From Paraspadella gotoi (taxonomy: Eukaryota; Animalia; Chaetognatha): 64,000 nt of DNA. The stretch is taken from assembly GCA_051294375.1 (NCBI GenBank), contig CM119266.1, positions 20,161,657 through 20,225,656 of the forward strand, given 5' to 3'. The translations under genes were made by a program, and so were the position numbers. Below are positions 1 to 13,379 of this stretch, in pieces; position 1 is the stretch's first letter, and each line of letters begins with the position of its first letter. Under the pieces are notes generated by a model. It did not search any database. It saw only the letters and a list, made by a program, of their open reading frames with translations, and was not told the origin of the DNA.

Positions 1-265
1 CAAATACTACTCATATTTAGATTCACGGCAAAGATACTACACATTAACCGGTGAATTTGAACCAACGCTAAACAATTACTCGGTTTAATACTGTCTGCTT
101 TATCATAATAAGAAACATTTAAGAAAAAGGAAATAATAAAAAGATAGCTTTAAAAAAAAAAACACGAAAAAGCCGACAGACAAAAGGTTTCAATTAAATA
201 TATATATAGTTAAATAATAGTTATACTCACTTTCGATCCGAACGCTCTTCTCTTGTTTCGCGTAG

Positions 266-2461
266 GCTTCGACCGCGCATCAAGTCGACGTCTCTTCCAC
301 GAGCATCACCGACGCATCGTTGACGACGTCAATTCGATCGTCGAGGGAAACTGGACAGCGAAACTCTACCCTCGGTTCCAAGACCCACAGTTTGACCCTT
401 GGAGCCTCTTGGGCAATCTCCCAGGTGGGTTAATCAGCATTCCAACATACGAAGAAAAAAAAATCCTTTGCCATGTCGTGACCCGTTGAATACGACCGCT
501 CCTTAAATCAGCGCCGTAACAGCGCACCGGGCTGACGCTTCATCTCTCGTAAACCAATGGTTCTAGGTTCCAGCCCTTTTCGGAACGGTACTGGAATAAA
601 AAGAGTAACGGGCCGCTTAAACCGGCGACCTTCTCTCTCCTCTCGGTCACTTCACTGGTGATTGTCGTGAATATGGCAACGCCGTCGAGTTGATAGGCTT
701 GGCGCATGTTGTAAAGCTTTTTTTTTTTTTTGAGGAGGCCGGGGACGAGTGAGTCGTGATCACTGTATAAGAGTGAATTGTCGTATCCAACGGGTGGTGA
801 TAGTAAGTCACTACAGCCATTCATTTTTCTTTTCTTCAGATCCTGTCCCGAATCGACTCCGTCGCGTCCGCAGATCCGCAGACGACTCCGTCTACTCCTT
901 GATCCCAGAGTTTTTCGACTCCAGAGAAAAATGGAGTTTTTGCGATTCGCTCTTCAAGATCCGCGACCAAGGGGCCTGTTCGTCCTGTTGGGCCATCGCC
1001 GCCACTGAGGCAATTTCGGACAGGTGGTGTAAGGGTAAAGGGCCCGGTTTTTTTTTTAACGCAATTGTGGTGACTGAAATATCGGGCTCTGTGTTCCCAG
1101 AACGCACCATTTCCGTGTCTTTATCCCGGAATATAATTTTAAACATATTATTTACCCTAAATATAATAGATTTGAAAAACCAAAAATGAATTATATTAAA
1201 AACCGACCTTCAATTCTTTTGTTTTATTTTAGAATTTGCATCAAGAGCAAAGGAGCACTGCAGCCTTTTCTGTCAACGCAGGACGTGTTATCTTGCTGCA
1301 AAACTTGCGGAAATGGATGTTCCGGGGGCTACATCTCAGCCGCTTGGGAGTATTTTGTCAAGGACGGCATAGTCACAGGTTAAGATCTCAGTTTTGTGAG
1401 TCGCCGATTGGAAACGACTTTTCTGTCTCTCGGTTCGTAGACATTATTACATTAAAAAATAAAAATTAAAAGATAAAAATTCTAACCATCTAAAACACGC
1501 ATCTTCGGAGATGGAATGAGAATGACAATGCCAAGAGAAATGAAAAAGAGAAAACAAATGTAAGTAATATCAAAATAGTAAATACATTTCAAAGGCGGCC
1601 TTTATAACGAGACTGAAGGGTGCTTGCCCTATCAACTGGAGCCATGCGACCGACATAATAAAACCTCCGCCGCGCGCCCCTTGTGCGGCCCAGACGTTCC
1701 CACGCCGAGGTGCTTTAAGAAATGTCGTCCGGGCTACAACAAAACTTTCGAGGAAGACAAATTCTTCGGTTTTCAAGTATACGAAGTCGTACCAAAGGTG
1801 AACTGAATCCTGAATCTAACCCCTAACTGCAGTAAAATGAATACTGTGTATTCGGTAATGGTTCAGGAAAAAAACAACCTTTCCGACGAAACTCTTTAGG
1901 TTGAAGAGATCCAGCTGGAAATACTATGGCACGGACCTGTTCAAGCCTCGTTCGTTGTCTACCACGACTTCTTCACTTACGAGAACGGGATCTACGAGCA
2001 CACCATTGGCTCATTGGCTGGGGGACACTCCGTCAAGATAATAGGTCGGCTAACAGAGAATTCACCCAATCGAATCGAACCCGTTCTTTTTCTTTTCCCC
2101 CCCCCATTTGACAGGCTGGGGAACGACAACCGACGGAATTCCTTACTGGCAGGTACGGCTCGGGGACAGTCGAAGCGCAACGAATTATTTATCATTTCTT
2201 TACCCGAGATTCGCCCAGTTTTAATGTCTCACGTCTTTCGTCGAAATTTTCTCGAGAGTCTTTGTCTTCTCATCTTCTCTCTACATTCTCAAAACCGCTC
2301 CCGATTCGCGACAGGTCGCCAATTCCTGGAACGCAGATTGGGGCGACGACGGCTTTTTCAAAATCGTTCGCGGTCGCAACGAATGCGGAATCGAGGAATT
2401 CGTTTGCGGAGGACAGATGCGCATCAAAGGGTCGAGACATCGACCCGATGGGTGGTTGTGA
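266..2461 (+). CDS. Cathepsin B-like cysteine protease (C1A), multi-exon; signal-peptide exon not located
   Basis: GT-AG exons at ~266-424, 840-1023, 1233-1378, 1595-1797, 1900-2044, 2115-2152 and 2315-2461 join in frame. Motifs: [83 protein letters not shown]. Confidence 0.92.
474..815 (+). mobile_element. Solo LTR of the tRNA-cassette TRIM family, in a cathepsin B intron
   Basis: Termini TGTCGTGAC...GTCACTACA (TG..CA, imperfect inverted). Exact 4-bp TSD GCCA at 470-473 and 816-819. B-box-like GGTTCCAGCCC at ~566 and a GGTCACT motif shared with other copies. Confidence 0.7.
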
Positions 2462-2698
2462 TTTTTTTAAAGAGGGCTTTTGGAGCGGAGAGAGGGGGGG
2501 GGAGTGGTTAAACCGTCAACATTTCCTGATCGTTTAAGTTCCTTAAGTTTACGCTAATTAAATCGTTTGTTTTTTTTTTAAATAAATGACATCAAAAGAC
2601 GTTTATTTCATGTTTATTGATAATTTGGGGACAAAATATTTTTTTGTACTAGTAGATAGTTGAATGACTTCCTCGTAATTTTAATCAGAAATGTAAAG

Positions 2699-2699
<1 letters not shown>

Positions 2700-2758
<59 letters not shown>
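2700..2758. repeat. (AG)n microsatellite
   Basis: Perfect dinucleotide run. Confidence 0.95.
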
Positions 2759-2761
<3 letters not shown>

Positions 2762-2959
2762 GATAGAGTCATTTTTCTCAATAAAAATGTACTTGTCTGA
2801 ATCTTACTTATTTATTCCGGATTAGACTGTATTTCATATATAAAATATAAATATAGTTTATATATAGTACAGTATAAGAATAAATTATAATACGTAATTT
2901 AAGTGTAGACGGTAACCCTATTTTAAAATTATATTATTGAGCTTTTATTGAATTTGATA

Positions 2960-3260
2960 CCACGAACACCTTGGATCACAAAGTTTCTCCATTTTTGTCA
3001 CTTGAAAATCACGGGACGAAATCACTAAGAAGTCGGGACTTCGGTCGAGGGGCGTGAATTCCAGTAAAATGCCAGTCACAAGGTCGTTACGTAATTTGCT
3101 CAAATGGAGATAATGAAGATCACGCGCGTCTTGTTTCTGATTCACGATCTGTGGCATTAAATGGTGACTACTGTGGTAAAAGTTTATGGCAAATGCACAT
3201 GGGTTACAAGGAGCATTCACTAATCTGGCTCGTAGGAGGAGATATTCTTTGTTAGTTACA
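2960..3260 (-). pseudogene. Possible decayed LTR-retrotransposon integrase C-terminal fragment
   Basis: Translation AFAINFYHSSHHLMPQIV...RSPDF...FQVTKM loosely recalls the Gypsy integrase FAxNxxxHSSxxxxP segment and the GPF-like segment. Weak match. Confidence 0.25.
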
Positions 3261-3660
3261 GAAATCGTCTTAGCGACAGTCATCATATTAGCGATTTGGC
3301 TCTAAAATTATGAGAGAACATTAAACAGAGACCGCTGTACACTTGAACTTAGGTTAAAACTCCGAAGAAAAGTCAGTTCTGCCCTTTTTTGAATTTTGCA
3401 TTTGACGAGCGAAGACCCTAGTGACGAGCTTCTAAAAGCTGCTCACTTTGTATTCCTCATCAACTAAAGGCATATTCACCAAGTAAGTTTCATAACGGTC
3501 GAATTGAAACGTTGAGTTTCAAGTTTATGTTTATTTTCGAACCCCGCATCATAAATGAGGATAGTATTTGTCGTTTTTTTTTTTTTAATTTATGATTCTT
3601 GGAAAACTTTTTCATAACTAAAGTAAGATTTTTGACTATGTTTATTTAATGTCATGACTA

Positions 3661-3888
3661 CCATATTTTCCCAAAGGGTCCCATTTCATCTTAAATTCAA
3701 AATTATATTGATTTTAGGTTTAAAGATTAATTTAAAGGTTAAGGTTAAGGATCAGGTTATGGATTAGTTTAAGTATTAAGGGATAAGGTTAGTGACTAAG
3801 GTTTAGGGATAGAGATAATAGATTAGGGATAAATATTAAAATCAAATTAAGAGATGAAGGAACAAAAATGAGGCGCTTTGGGTGAAGA
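3661..3888. repeat. Dispersed MITE-like repeat with degenerate TTAGG/TTAAGG core (second copy 40921-41180)
   Basis: Both copies begin CCATATTTTC...CCCATTT and end GAACA.AAATG.G..GCTTT.GG..AA. The ends are roughly inverted and flank a telomere-like array. Confidence 0.55.
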
Positions 3889-4285
3889 GTTAAATATAAA
3901 GAACGGTTAAATATCGTCAAAAAGGTGTATGGACGCATACAAAAAGATGAGTCATGAAGAGTATTCAGATTTCGATTGTTTTCGATTTCGATGCGATAAA
4001 ATATACGGCGAGTTTCCTCGTTTCTCGGAATTGTCGAAATTCTGATTTTTAAAAGCATAAAAACTCTTTTGTTTCTGCGGGTCAAGGATTTCGTCCAATG
4101 ATTTTTGAACACTTTTGAACCATAGATTTCATTTCTCTACGCAGCAAAAGACGATCGGTCAAGTGAAAATAATTCCGAACAACTGCGAAAAATAATTAAG
4201 GTACATGATCGAGTTTATACGTATATTTACAACGGTAGAAAAACGTTATGTAATACTGTCCTTTTGTTTTTGTCTTCCTGATTAG

Positions 4286-5853
<1,568 letters not shown>

Positions 5854-7253
5854 GCTAAAATATTAGAAAAAATTTTTTTTTTTTGTATTTAAAATCCCGC
5901 ATTTTGACTCAATTTCTTTTCAAATAAAATTCTTTAGTGAATTCTTCGAGCAGCGTAAATTTCCTGCAAAAGAATGTTCGAGCTTTATCCTGTTGGTTGA
6001 AATGAAAAATTACATTTTACCAAAGATAGTGAGTTTAGAAAAGGGTAGTAAGTGATAAGCGAGACTAGCTTAGGAAGGCTTAAGAGGAAGGGTCATTCGG
6101 CTTCACTATTCGTAAACTTCTATGTATTAAAGCTATCACGTCAAGAAATACATCGTAGTCATCAGTTATCACAAAAAATTCCTTTTTTCTTTATATGTAA
6201 ACATTCCGTTTTACATAATTTTTTTTAAATCGGTAAATCAGAAAAGTGTTAAATTAAATCGGTAAGCACATTTTTTAAAAAATATATTTTTTATCTGGTT
6301 GTTAAAAAATTGTAGGTAAAAAGTAAACACGGTAAAGAGAAATTTTGAAGGAGAGAGTTAAACAATTAATCTTGTCACTCGGTTGGATTTCCAATTGTGA
6401 ACAAAATCTTTGGTTAAATAGATGGTAAAGAAATTTGACTGCACTGAATCTACACTGGATTTGAAGAGTTGCAGCCTAAACGACTGCAAGAATTTTCAAT
6501 TAAAAATTTGTTTAGGAATCTTAAAACTAAAGAGAGACATTTTAAGAAAAGTATTCCAGTTAGGAAGAATTAGGGTCAAAGTTTGTTTTCAAGGATGTAA
6601 GTTGAAATTTCAAAATGTCTCTCTATTACATTTTTCTAATTTACTAATAAAAAATTCATAAAAAATATCAGACAGATTGGCTTTTTCGTTTGACCTGCAA
6701 CTCTTCAGATAGGTTTCTTTTATTTTATGTAATAATTCAAACCAATATAAAATGGCATAGAATGCATCAAATGTTTAAAGTGAATACATTTTCGGAATCG
6801 CCAGAAGCTCATCTTTTTGACCAATTTTAAAGTTGATTTGAATGACCCTTTGTCTTATCCGGCCCAAACTATTTTAGCAAAAATAACGAAACGGAGGAGT
6901 ATCAGTGCGTATCAGTAAAGAATTAATATAAAGATTATCACATAGTTATTAACGATTAACACAATGAAGAATCACAGCATAATTTATTTTTGGCGGTAAA
7001 TTAAAGGTAAATATTGGCCATGGCCATTGGCCAACTGCATAAAACTTGATCATTTTAAAATCATCTCATAACATTATTCAGAGTGAAAACAGAAGGCAAT
7101 TTTAAAAGTGATTTCAACACAATTATTGGATTTAAAAAAATAATAATAATCTCAGACAAAATTTGTCAAACAAGAAATTTAATGCCTGAAGGGTCATTTG
7201 TGGAACGCTCTTGTTTCTCTAGAATATCGGAATATCTTAAGGAAATATAGAAT

Positions 7254-10200
7254 CTATTTATAACGTTTCGCGATGTCTTTTTGTTCCTGCGCCAGCGACA
7301 TTGCTTGATCTAACTCTAGCGACGTTGAAGAGATCATCCGCGATATTTCATCCAAGTCTCGATCGAACTCTCTCGCCGTCGTCGTCTTCGGCTTCGAAGT
7401 TCGCTTTCTGAAAGAGGCTCTGAGAGAGGCTCTCACGGTTGAAGACCACGAAGGGTTGGCGGATGAAGAGATGGGCTCCAGGGGAGTGGGACCGGAAATC
7501 ATCGCAGAGGCGGAAAGAGATGAGACTCGCTCGGTAGTTGAGACCGAGGAGAGCTCAAGGGTTTGAGACCGCGGTAAACGCAAGGATTCTTGAAGCGTCT
7601 TAGTGGGCGAACCTTCCATTGGGACCACGACGAATGGCAACATTTTTGAGCTGAGTAATTTAAATATAACAAAAAAATTTAATGTCTTCTTCGTCTCTTA
7701 CTTTTCCATTATTCTCTTTGACCTCAAAACTTTGGAACCCAGATACATACCTTTCATTTTCAATATCTGAGGTATTTTCTGCGGACGGTTTAAACGAGTT
7801 GTAATGAGCTAAGGGCATTTCTGAAACCACAAATATTGCAAAATAAAAATCAAACGATTATATCACATGTTATCAGCAGTCAAAGTAAATGTCGGAAATA
7901 ACTTTTTATAAATTTTAAAAAATTCAAATCTTTTTTCTTTACAATCATTCTTTGCATCTTCTCTTCTGAAATCATTATCATCCATTTTTCCTCATCTAAA
8001 AAAATCTTCGGCAAGGGTTCAATAAACATAATGGCCTACTGTAATGTAACGAACAATTTTTTTTACTAAAAGCAGGACAACATTAAAAATTTAACATCGC
8101 GTAAATTTTTTGATCTATTGTCAAAACAAAAATCCACCCTCATTTGAACTTTGCATTGTGTCAACAAAAATACAAATAAACATGATAATAGAGATACCAA
8201 AAAAAACCTGCATGAACTCATCATTCCGTTAGTTCTTTCAAATTAATCATTCACCTAACCAATTTGACACTGCGTTCATTTGTAAAGTGACAATACGCTT
8301 GAGACACTCTGTATGAGGAAATAACTAATAAGTACCCACCATTAGGAATGGATTTCGCCACGTTTTCTTGTTTTAAAGAAGACTGTCGCTTCTTCACAAA
8401 TATCATAGTTTCGAAGTCTGAGCTGATAAGATCACAGAAGAGTTGTAGCAAAAAAAAAAAAAAGAATTTTGTCATATTATTTCTTATTAACCTTAGCAAA
8501 TACTGCACCGCCGCTTCGAAAGTCGTTAGGGCAAAGGCAGCACCGTCCTTGGAACTTCCCACGGTCCACAAAAACTTATCAACGTAGTAGAGGTTGGCAA
8601 GGAGATCCTTTATTCGTGCCCTGGAAAGGTTTAAGTAGGATGAGGTAAGTACAAGTACTTTCTTAAGGGAGAATAAGAACCTGGTGAAGATAGCGACAAG
8701 AACAGGAATCAGGTCATCAGAGTTGATTGTAAGTTTTTCTGTTTTAGCTTGAATCTGATCTGTTACAGAGTGCTGCTGATTGCTCACATCTATAACGATG
8801 TTTTCAAGTGTCTTTTTCAGACAACCAAGTTTTTCCAAGGGCGTCACCTAGTATACATATAAGAAATTATACAATGACAGTGTACAATATACATGACAGT
8901 GAAAAGGATTCAGTGATGATTTACTTACTTTGAATTCAAGATCCTTCAATTCTCGTAAGGACTCGGGAAATTGGCATCCACATAATTCGGATCTAACTCC
9001 GAGAATTTCTAGATCAATATTCCATCGTTGAGCCTATTAAAAATATGTTGTACATTTTAGCTCCTTGTATTTTGATGCTTTTGCGAAATACAATATGATA
9101 CTCCCCGATCTAATACTGTGGTCCTTTTATACGAACCTTCTTTGAAAAATTATACCACTTCATTGATTGGGAAGCCAGGGGACGTGGGAAAACAAGACTG
9201 TAAGAGAGTCTTGATTAAAAGCTTGCAGGATCGTTCTTTGTTATTATCGTGTCAGTGTGATGGAGGCCTTAAACCCCCATAGCCAGTCCAAAGTCAGGAG
9301 CAAGATAACGTATTTATTGAATGAATTGATAATTTTATATTGGTTGTACCAATTTCATACGATCATATTTACAATGATTTACGATTTTTTAAAGATGAAA
9401 ATAAAAATTCGCCCTACGGAAGCCTGATAAAAATTTTATACGAGATAAGCACTACTAGTGCCACTAGCATCGCTGTAAACCATTAAAAACAAACATAAAA
9501 GATCCACTTCATAAAAACACTTGTTATTGATCTCATGTTTTGGTTAAATCATATTTTTTAAAAAAAGTTAAAAAAAAGTAATTTTGGAAGGAAATGTCGT
9601 GCACGAGATACAAGATTCACCGATGGAAGGACAAGTTTACTCCGGGAAACAACTGGGAAGACCCCAAGGAGATGATCCCCGGCAACTACGACTTCGAAGA
9701 GATGAAGCGACAAGAGAAGTTGGAACATATACACGACGTCGAAAAAGTCAAGACGAGGGTCGACCACGGACCGCCAGAGGGCGAAGAGTTCCAAGAGCAT
9801 CTCAAAGTCTTTAAGCTTCGGAACAAAGAGCGCGAAAGATTGAAGATCGAAGCCGACAATAGGTATTTTATACATTACCTTCTCAATGAAATATTTTTTT
9901 TTTAAATTACTTTTCTTGTCGAGATAAGACACGTACCCATATCCATATCAACTTTTTTCAGGTGGCTGGCAGCTCGACTCGCGTATGTCTGGCAAACCAA
10001 AGGCTGCGTGGATCACATCAATGACGATCGATACCTCCACTCTTTACGCAAGGATGGAGCGATAATTCAGACGAGGGACTACGTGAGGGAGAACATCAAG
10101 ATGATGCATAACATCTACAGCTATCGAAGAGACTCGGTCTACGCGAGGGACAAATTTCTCAAATCCTACGACGAACTGAAGAGGAAGCAAAAAATCATTC

Positions 10201-11356
10201 AAAAGTACGACCGGGACGTTTGGCAACCAATTTGGAACAATAAGTACCAGAAGCAAGTTCGACGCGGGAGGGGTCTCAATCCGAATCATGCCTGGCGATT
10301 TTAGTTAAGAATGTAATAACTGTATTTTAAAAAAAATTTTAACGGGGAAAAAAAAATGTTGTTTCAGCGTATTGATGGGAAAAACCTTTTTGTAATAATT
10401 CTATTTAAAATTAAATTAAAAAAATATGGTCTAAACCAAAACAGTTTTTATTTCTGTTAATAATATACTTATTTTCTTTTCTGTAAAATACTTGCCATCC
10501 AACCTTTTAACAGTCTCAGGTCAAGAGTCCCTTCAATATTAAATACTGATTTCGATTATAGTTATTTAGTTATTCTCAATAATTATTTGACCATTGGCGA
10601 TCAAGGCCAAGATGTTATTAATGACAGTAAATGGATACCTCATCGATCCGTCTTTCCAAAGATTTGTTCCTTCGTTGAATCTCTTCGCGAATGGCGGGAA
10701 AAAGCTTGCCATGAACCTGACCGAGAACCACATTCTCGACGCTCTGTTTAAGCGCGGATCTGAATCGCTGATCATTCTTGGAAGGATGCTGATTCACTGT
10801 CTCTAATTCTTCGCAACAATCGCGCACAAGCTTCTTTATTTTCCCCGAAGCTTCGGTGAGATAGCCAGGAATGATCTGTAGTTTATATCATAAAATCATT
10901 GTCGATAATATTAATGAATATTATAAAAGCCTAAGACTTAAAACAATTTTCATCAATAATATTTGGTCTCGAGTTGTCGTCATGATATTCCAAGAGACAG
11001 GAAACCATTCAAGATCCTCAGCTCACCATAAAAGTGTTTAAAAAAAGGTCGATCTTGGCGTTGAGATTTTTTAGAGGCTTGGCGTGCTCAGGAAAACGAC
11101 GGAGAAAGGATTTGTGATCGTCGAGCCTCACGCGCGACTGAAAAATCTCGCTGAGAGGAATGTCGGGGAACGAGCTGTGGAAAAAAAGGTCTCTTTTATT
11201 GTTAGAGTTAGTTCTAATGAACCTATGGAGGTATAGCTTTAGCTCTAACAATTGTTTTGCCTATCGAAACATTCCGGTCGACAATAAGTTCTTAAAAATA
11301 ATAAAAGCCGTATGAGAAAGAAATTTAAAAGAAAACAAAGAAACAAGGAAGGAAAA

Positions 11357-11393
<37 letters not shown>

Positions 11394-12756
11394 AAAGAAA
11401 GAAAAGAAAGAAAAGAAAGAAAAGAAAGAAAAGAAAGAAAAGAAAGAAAAGAAAGAAAAAAAGAAAAAATAATAAAAAAAGAAAAAGAAAATATTAACCA
11501 AAGAAACGTGTGCAAAAAAATACCTGGCAAGAGATGATGATCTTCTTTTTACTTTTGCGTAATCAAGATCAAGAACGCGATCAAGAATATAAATTTTGAA
11601 GGACTGAAAGTCTTTGTTGTAGCCAAGTTCCTCGCCAATGATTTTAAAGAGGGAACCCGGAGGATCGTAAACGAAACCGGAAACGACCAGAAGTGCGTTC
11701 TCGTTAATCGAGACGACCTTAAGAAACCAATGTTAAATTTAAAGGCTTCAATGAAACGTATCACTCAGAGCGTAATCACTAACTTTCGAGTTGAAAGGGT
11801 CGGTAGACTCGAAATGATCTTGAGCGAAGCGAGAGGGTCTTAAAATGTGACCGTCTACAAGACCCTGAGTGATTGGAACTCCTGAAACGAAATGTTGAAG
11901 AGACAGTAATTATTGTTATGTGTTAGTGACAGAACCATTCAATATGAGCAGTCCCTGAGCTTCGGATCAGGCTGTAACACCGTGTTACAGGCGGGTTAAG
12001 CTCCCCGTCCCTCTTAACTGCCAGGCGGCCACCGCGCTAGAACCCCGGACCTTTGGGTTGGGAGGCGAATGACTTGCCTCCGGCACCAATGGCCGCTGAT
12101 GAACGGTTGGTGGATTTTAGTCCACCATACATCCCCCCATCCCATAGGGGGAAGTCTGTTGCGTCTCTTCAGTGAATTGTTGTTGGTAGAAAGTGCGTCA
12201 CCAAGTTGAGGCATGTCGCCTGATGTGTTGTTGGCGGAAAGTGCATTGCCAGGTTGAGGCATGTCGCCTGAAAGTGTTGTTGTTGCTGTTGTGGTTGGAA
12301 GTTGTGCTCACCAATGAAGAGACAGTAATTATTGATATGTGTTAGTGACAGAACCATTCAATATGAGCAGTTCCTGAGCTTCGGATCAGGCTGTAACAGC
12401 GTGTTACAGGCGGGTTAAGCTCCCCGTCCCTCTTAACTGCCAGGCGGCCACCGGGCTAGAACCCCGGACTTTTGGGTTGGGAGGCGAATGACTTGCCTCC
12501 GGCACCAATGGCCGCTGATGAACGGTTGGTGGATTTTAGTCCTCCATAATGTATCATTATAATTTTAATTTTTACTGTAATTTAATGTAAAAAAATTTTA
12601 CCATTCAATTACGCAATAAATATTACCTTCGATGGCACTTGTTTGAGGTATGCAAACGGTGAAACAATATTTTTGTGCCAATTCGTAAGTATTTCGGAAC
12701 TTGGTTTGGAGCGCGAGAAATAACGGATTAGATTCCAATTCATCATTTTCCGACAT
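7254..12756 (-). CDS. ANKRD27/VARP-like VPS9-domain Rab GEF without ankyrin repeats
   Basis: Manually spliced exons: MSENDELESNPLFLALQTKF (12756-12627); GHILRPSRFAQDHF; KIIGEELGYNKDFQSFKIYILDRVL; FMIIPGYL...VENVVLGQVHGKLF (to ~10639); AQRWNIDLEILGV; TPLEKLGCLKK...SDDLIPVLV...LANLYYV...FALTTFEAAVQYL (VPS9 core). A Ser-rich tail ends at the stop at 7254. The N-terminus recalls ANKRD27. Confidence 0.85.
9594..10304 (+). CDS. CFAP97D1/D2-like KIAA1430-domain protein, nested antisense in the VPS9-gene intron
   Basis: Two exons (9594-9862, 9962-10304) join in frame. The pattern H..VEKVKTRVDHGPP...HLKVFKLR..ERERLKIEADNRWLAARL....GCVDHIN....SL...RENIKMMHNI....YARDKF matches the KIAA1430/CFAP97 family. 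Confidence 0.75.
11345..11470. repeat. (AAAG)n / (AAAAGAAAG)n purine microsatellite
   Basis: Read directly; intronic. Confidence 0.9.
11896..12548 (-). mobile_element. Complete non-autonomous miniature LTR retrotransposon (TRIM) with tRNA-like LTRs (Helenus/TRIMp3-like)
   Basis: Two 234-bp direct repeats (11896-12129, 12315-12548) with ~6 mismatches by eye. TSD ATGT at 11892-11895 and 12549-12552. On the minus strand, PBS-like TGGTGAGCACAAC lies 1 nt after the 5' LTR and purine tract GGGATGGGGGGATG precedes the 3' LTR. Internal region 185 bp. Confidence 0.9.
12025..12096 (-). other. 72-nt tRNA-like (Gly-CCC-like) cassette inside the LTR (second copy 12444-12515)
   Basis: Acceptor stem GCGGCCA/TGGCCGC, A-box-like TGGTGCCGGAGG, anticodon-loop-like TCGCCTCCCAA, T-arm CCGGGGTTCTAGCCCGG (intact in the right LTR). 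The anticodon stem pairs poorly, so it is probably not a functional tRNA. Confidence 0.75.
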
Positions 12757-13379
12757 AATGAAAATGTTACTTATAATTACCCATCAAAATATTTTTTTTT
12801 TAAATTAAACTTAAATATTAGGATTGACAATCGACGAAAAAATGAACTGAAGTTGTTTCTTGGCGACAGAACTTACCCTTTTGGGTTTTCGAACAGAAGG
12901 GCAAGGCCCGCCTGGCCAAGACAAGGCTGGCGCTTTAGTCGGTGAGGAACGGACGCTAATGGAGGTTTATCAAGATGACGGACAATGAAGAAAGCACCAC
13001 CGCTTGAAAACCATCTCACCGACCCTTAATCGACAGAAAATAAAAACTATTAATACTGTAAAATTCTTGATAAAACGACCAAGAAGAAGATATGATCATC
13101 ATTGAATTAAACCAAATTCTTTTTGTGTTCATTCATAGTAAACAGCTAAATGATATTGATCAGCTATGTTTTTATTTAAATATCGACGAAGGACCACAAG
13201 TCAAGTAACCAGACGTATGATTTCACAAGTGTAATAAAAACTACGTGTAAAAATAAAATCCAATATAAATCTTTTATTGAAAGCAACAATAATTGAAACA
13301 AACATATCGACGAAGGTCCACAACCAAAACGAGAGTAAAAAATCTTAAACGACTCATGATCAAGCCAGACCCTACTATC

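Noticed and set aside
9117-9300. Another solo LTR starting TGTGG
   Set aside because: No matching terminus, TSD or clear A/B boxes found.
10628-10638. U12-type donor (minus-strand GTATCCAT)
   Set aside because: Mismatch to GTATCCTT, and no TCCTTAAC branch site near the acceptor at ~9035.
12025-12096. Functional tRNA gene
   Set aside because: The anticodon stem does not pair well, and the unit is embedded in duplicated LTRs.
12090-12130. CTGATGA in the LTR, suggesting a hammerhead ribozyme (retrozyme)
   Set aside because: No stem II followed by GAAA, and it is on the strand opposite the PBS/PPT/A-B box orientation.
12014-12357. Short ORFs within the TRIM
   Set aside because: No gag/pol motifs; they arise from the internal tandem repeat.
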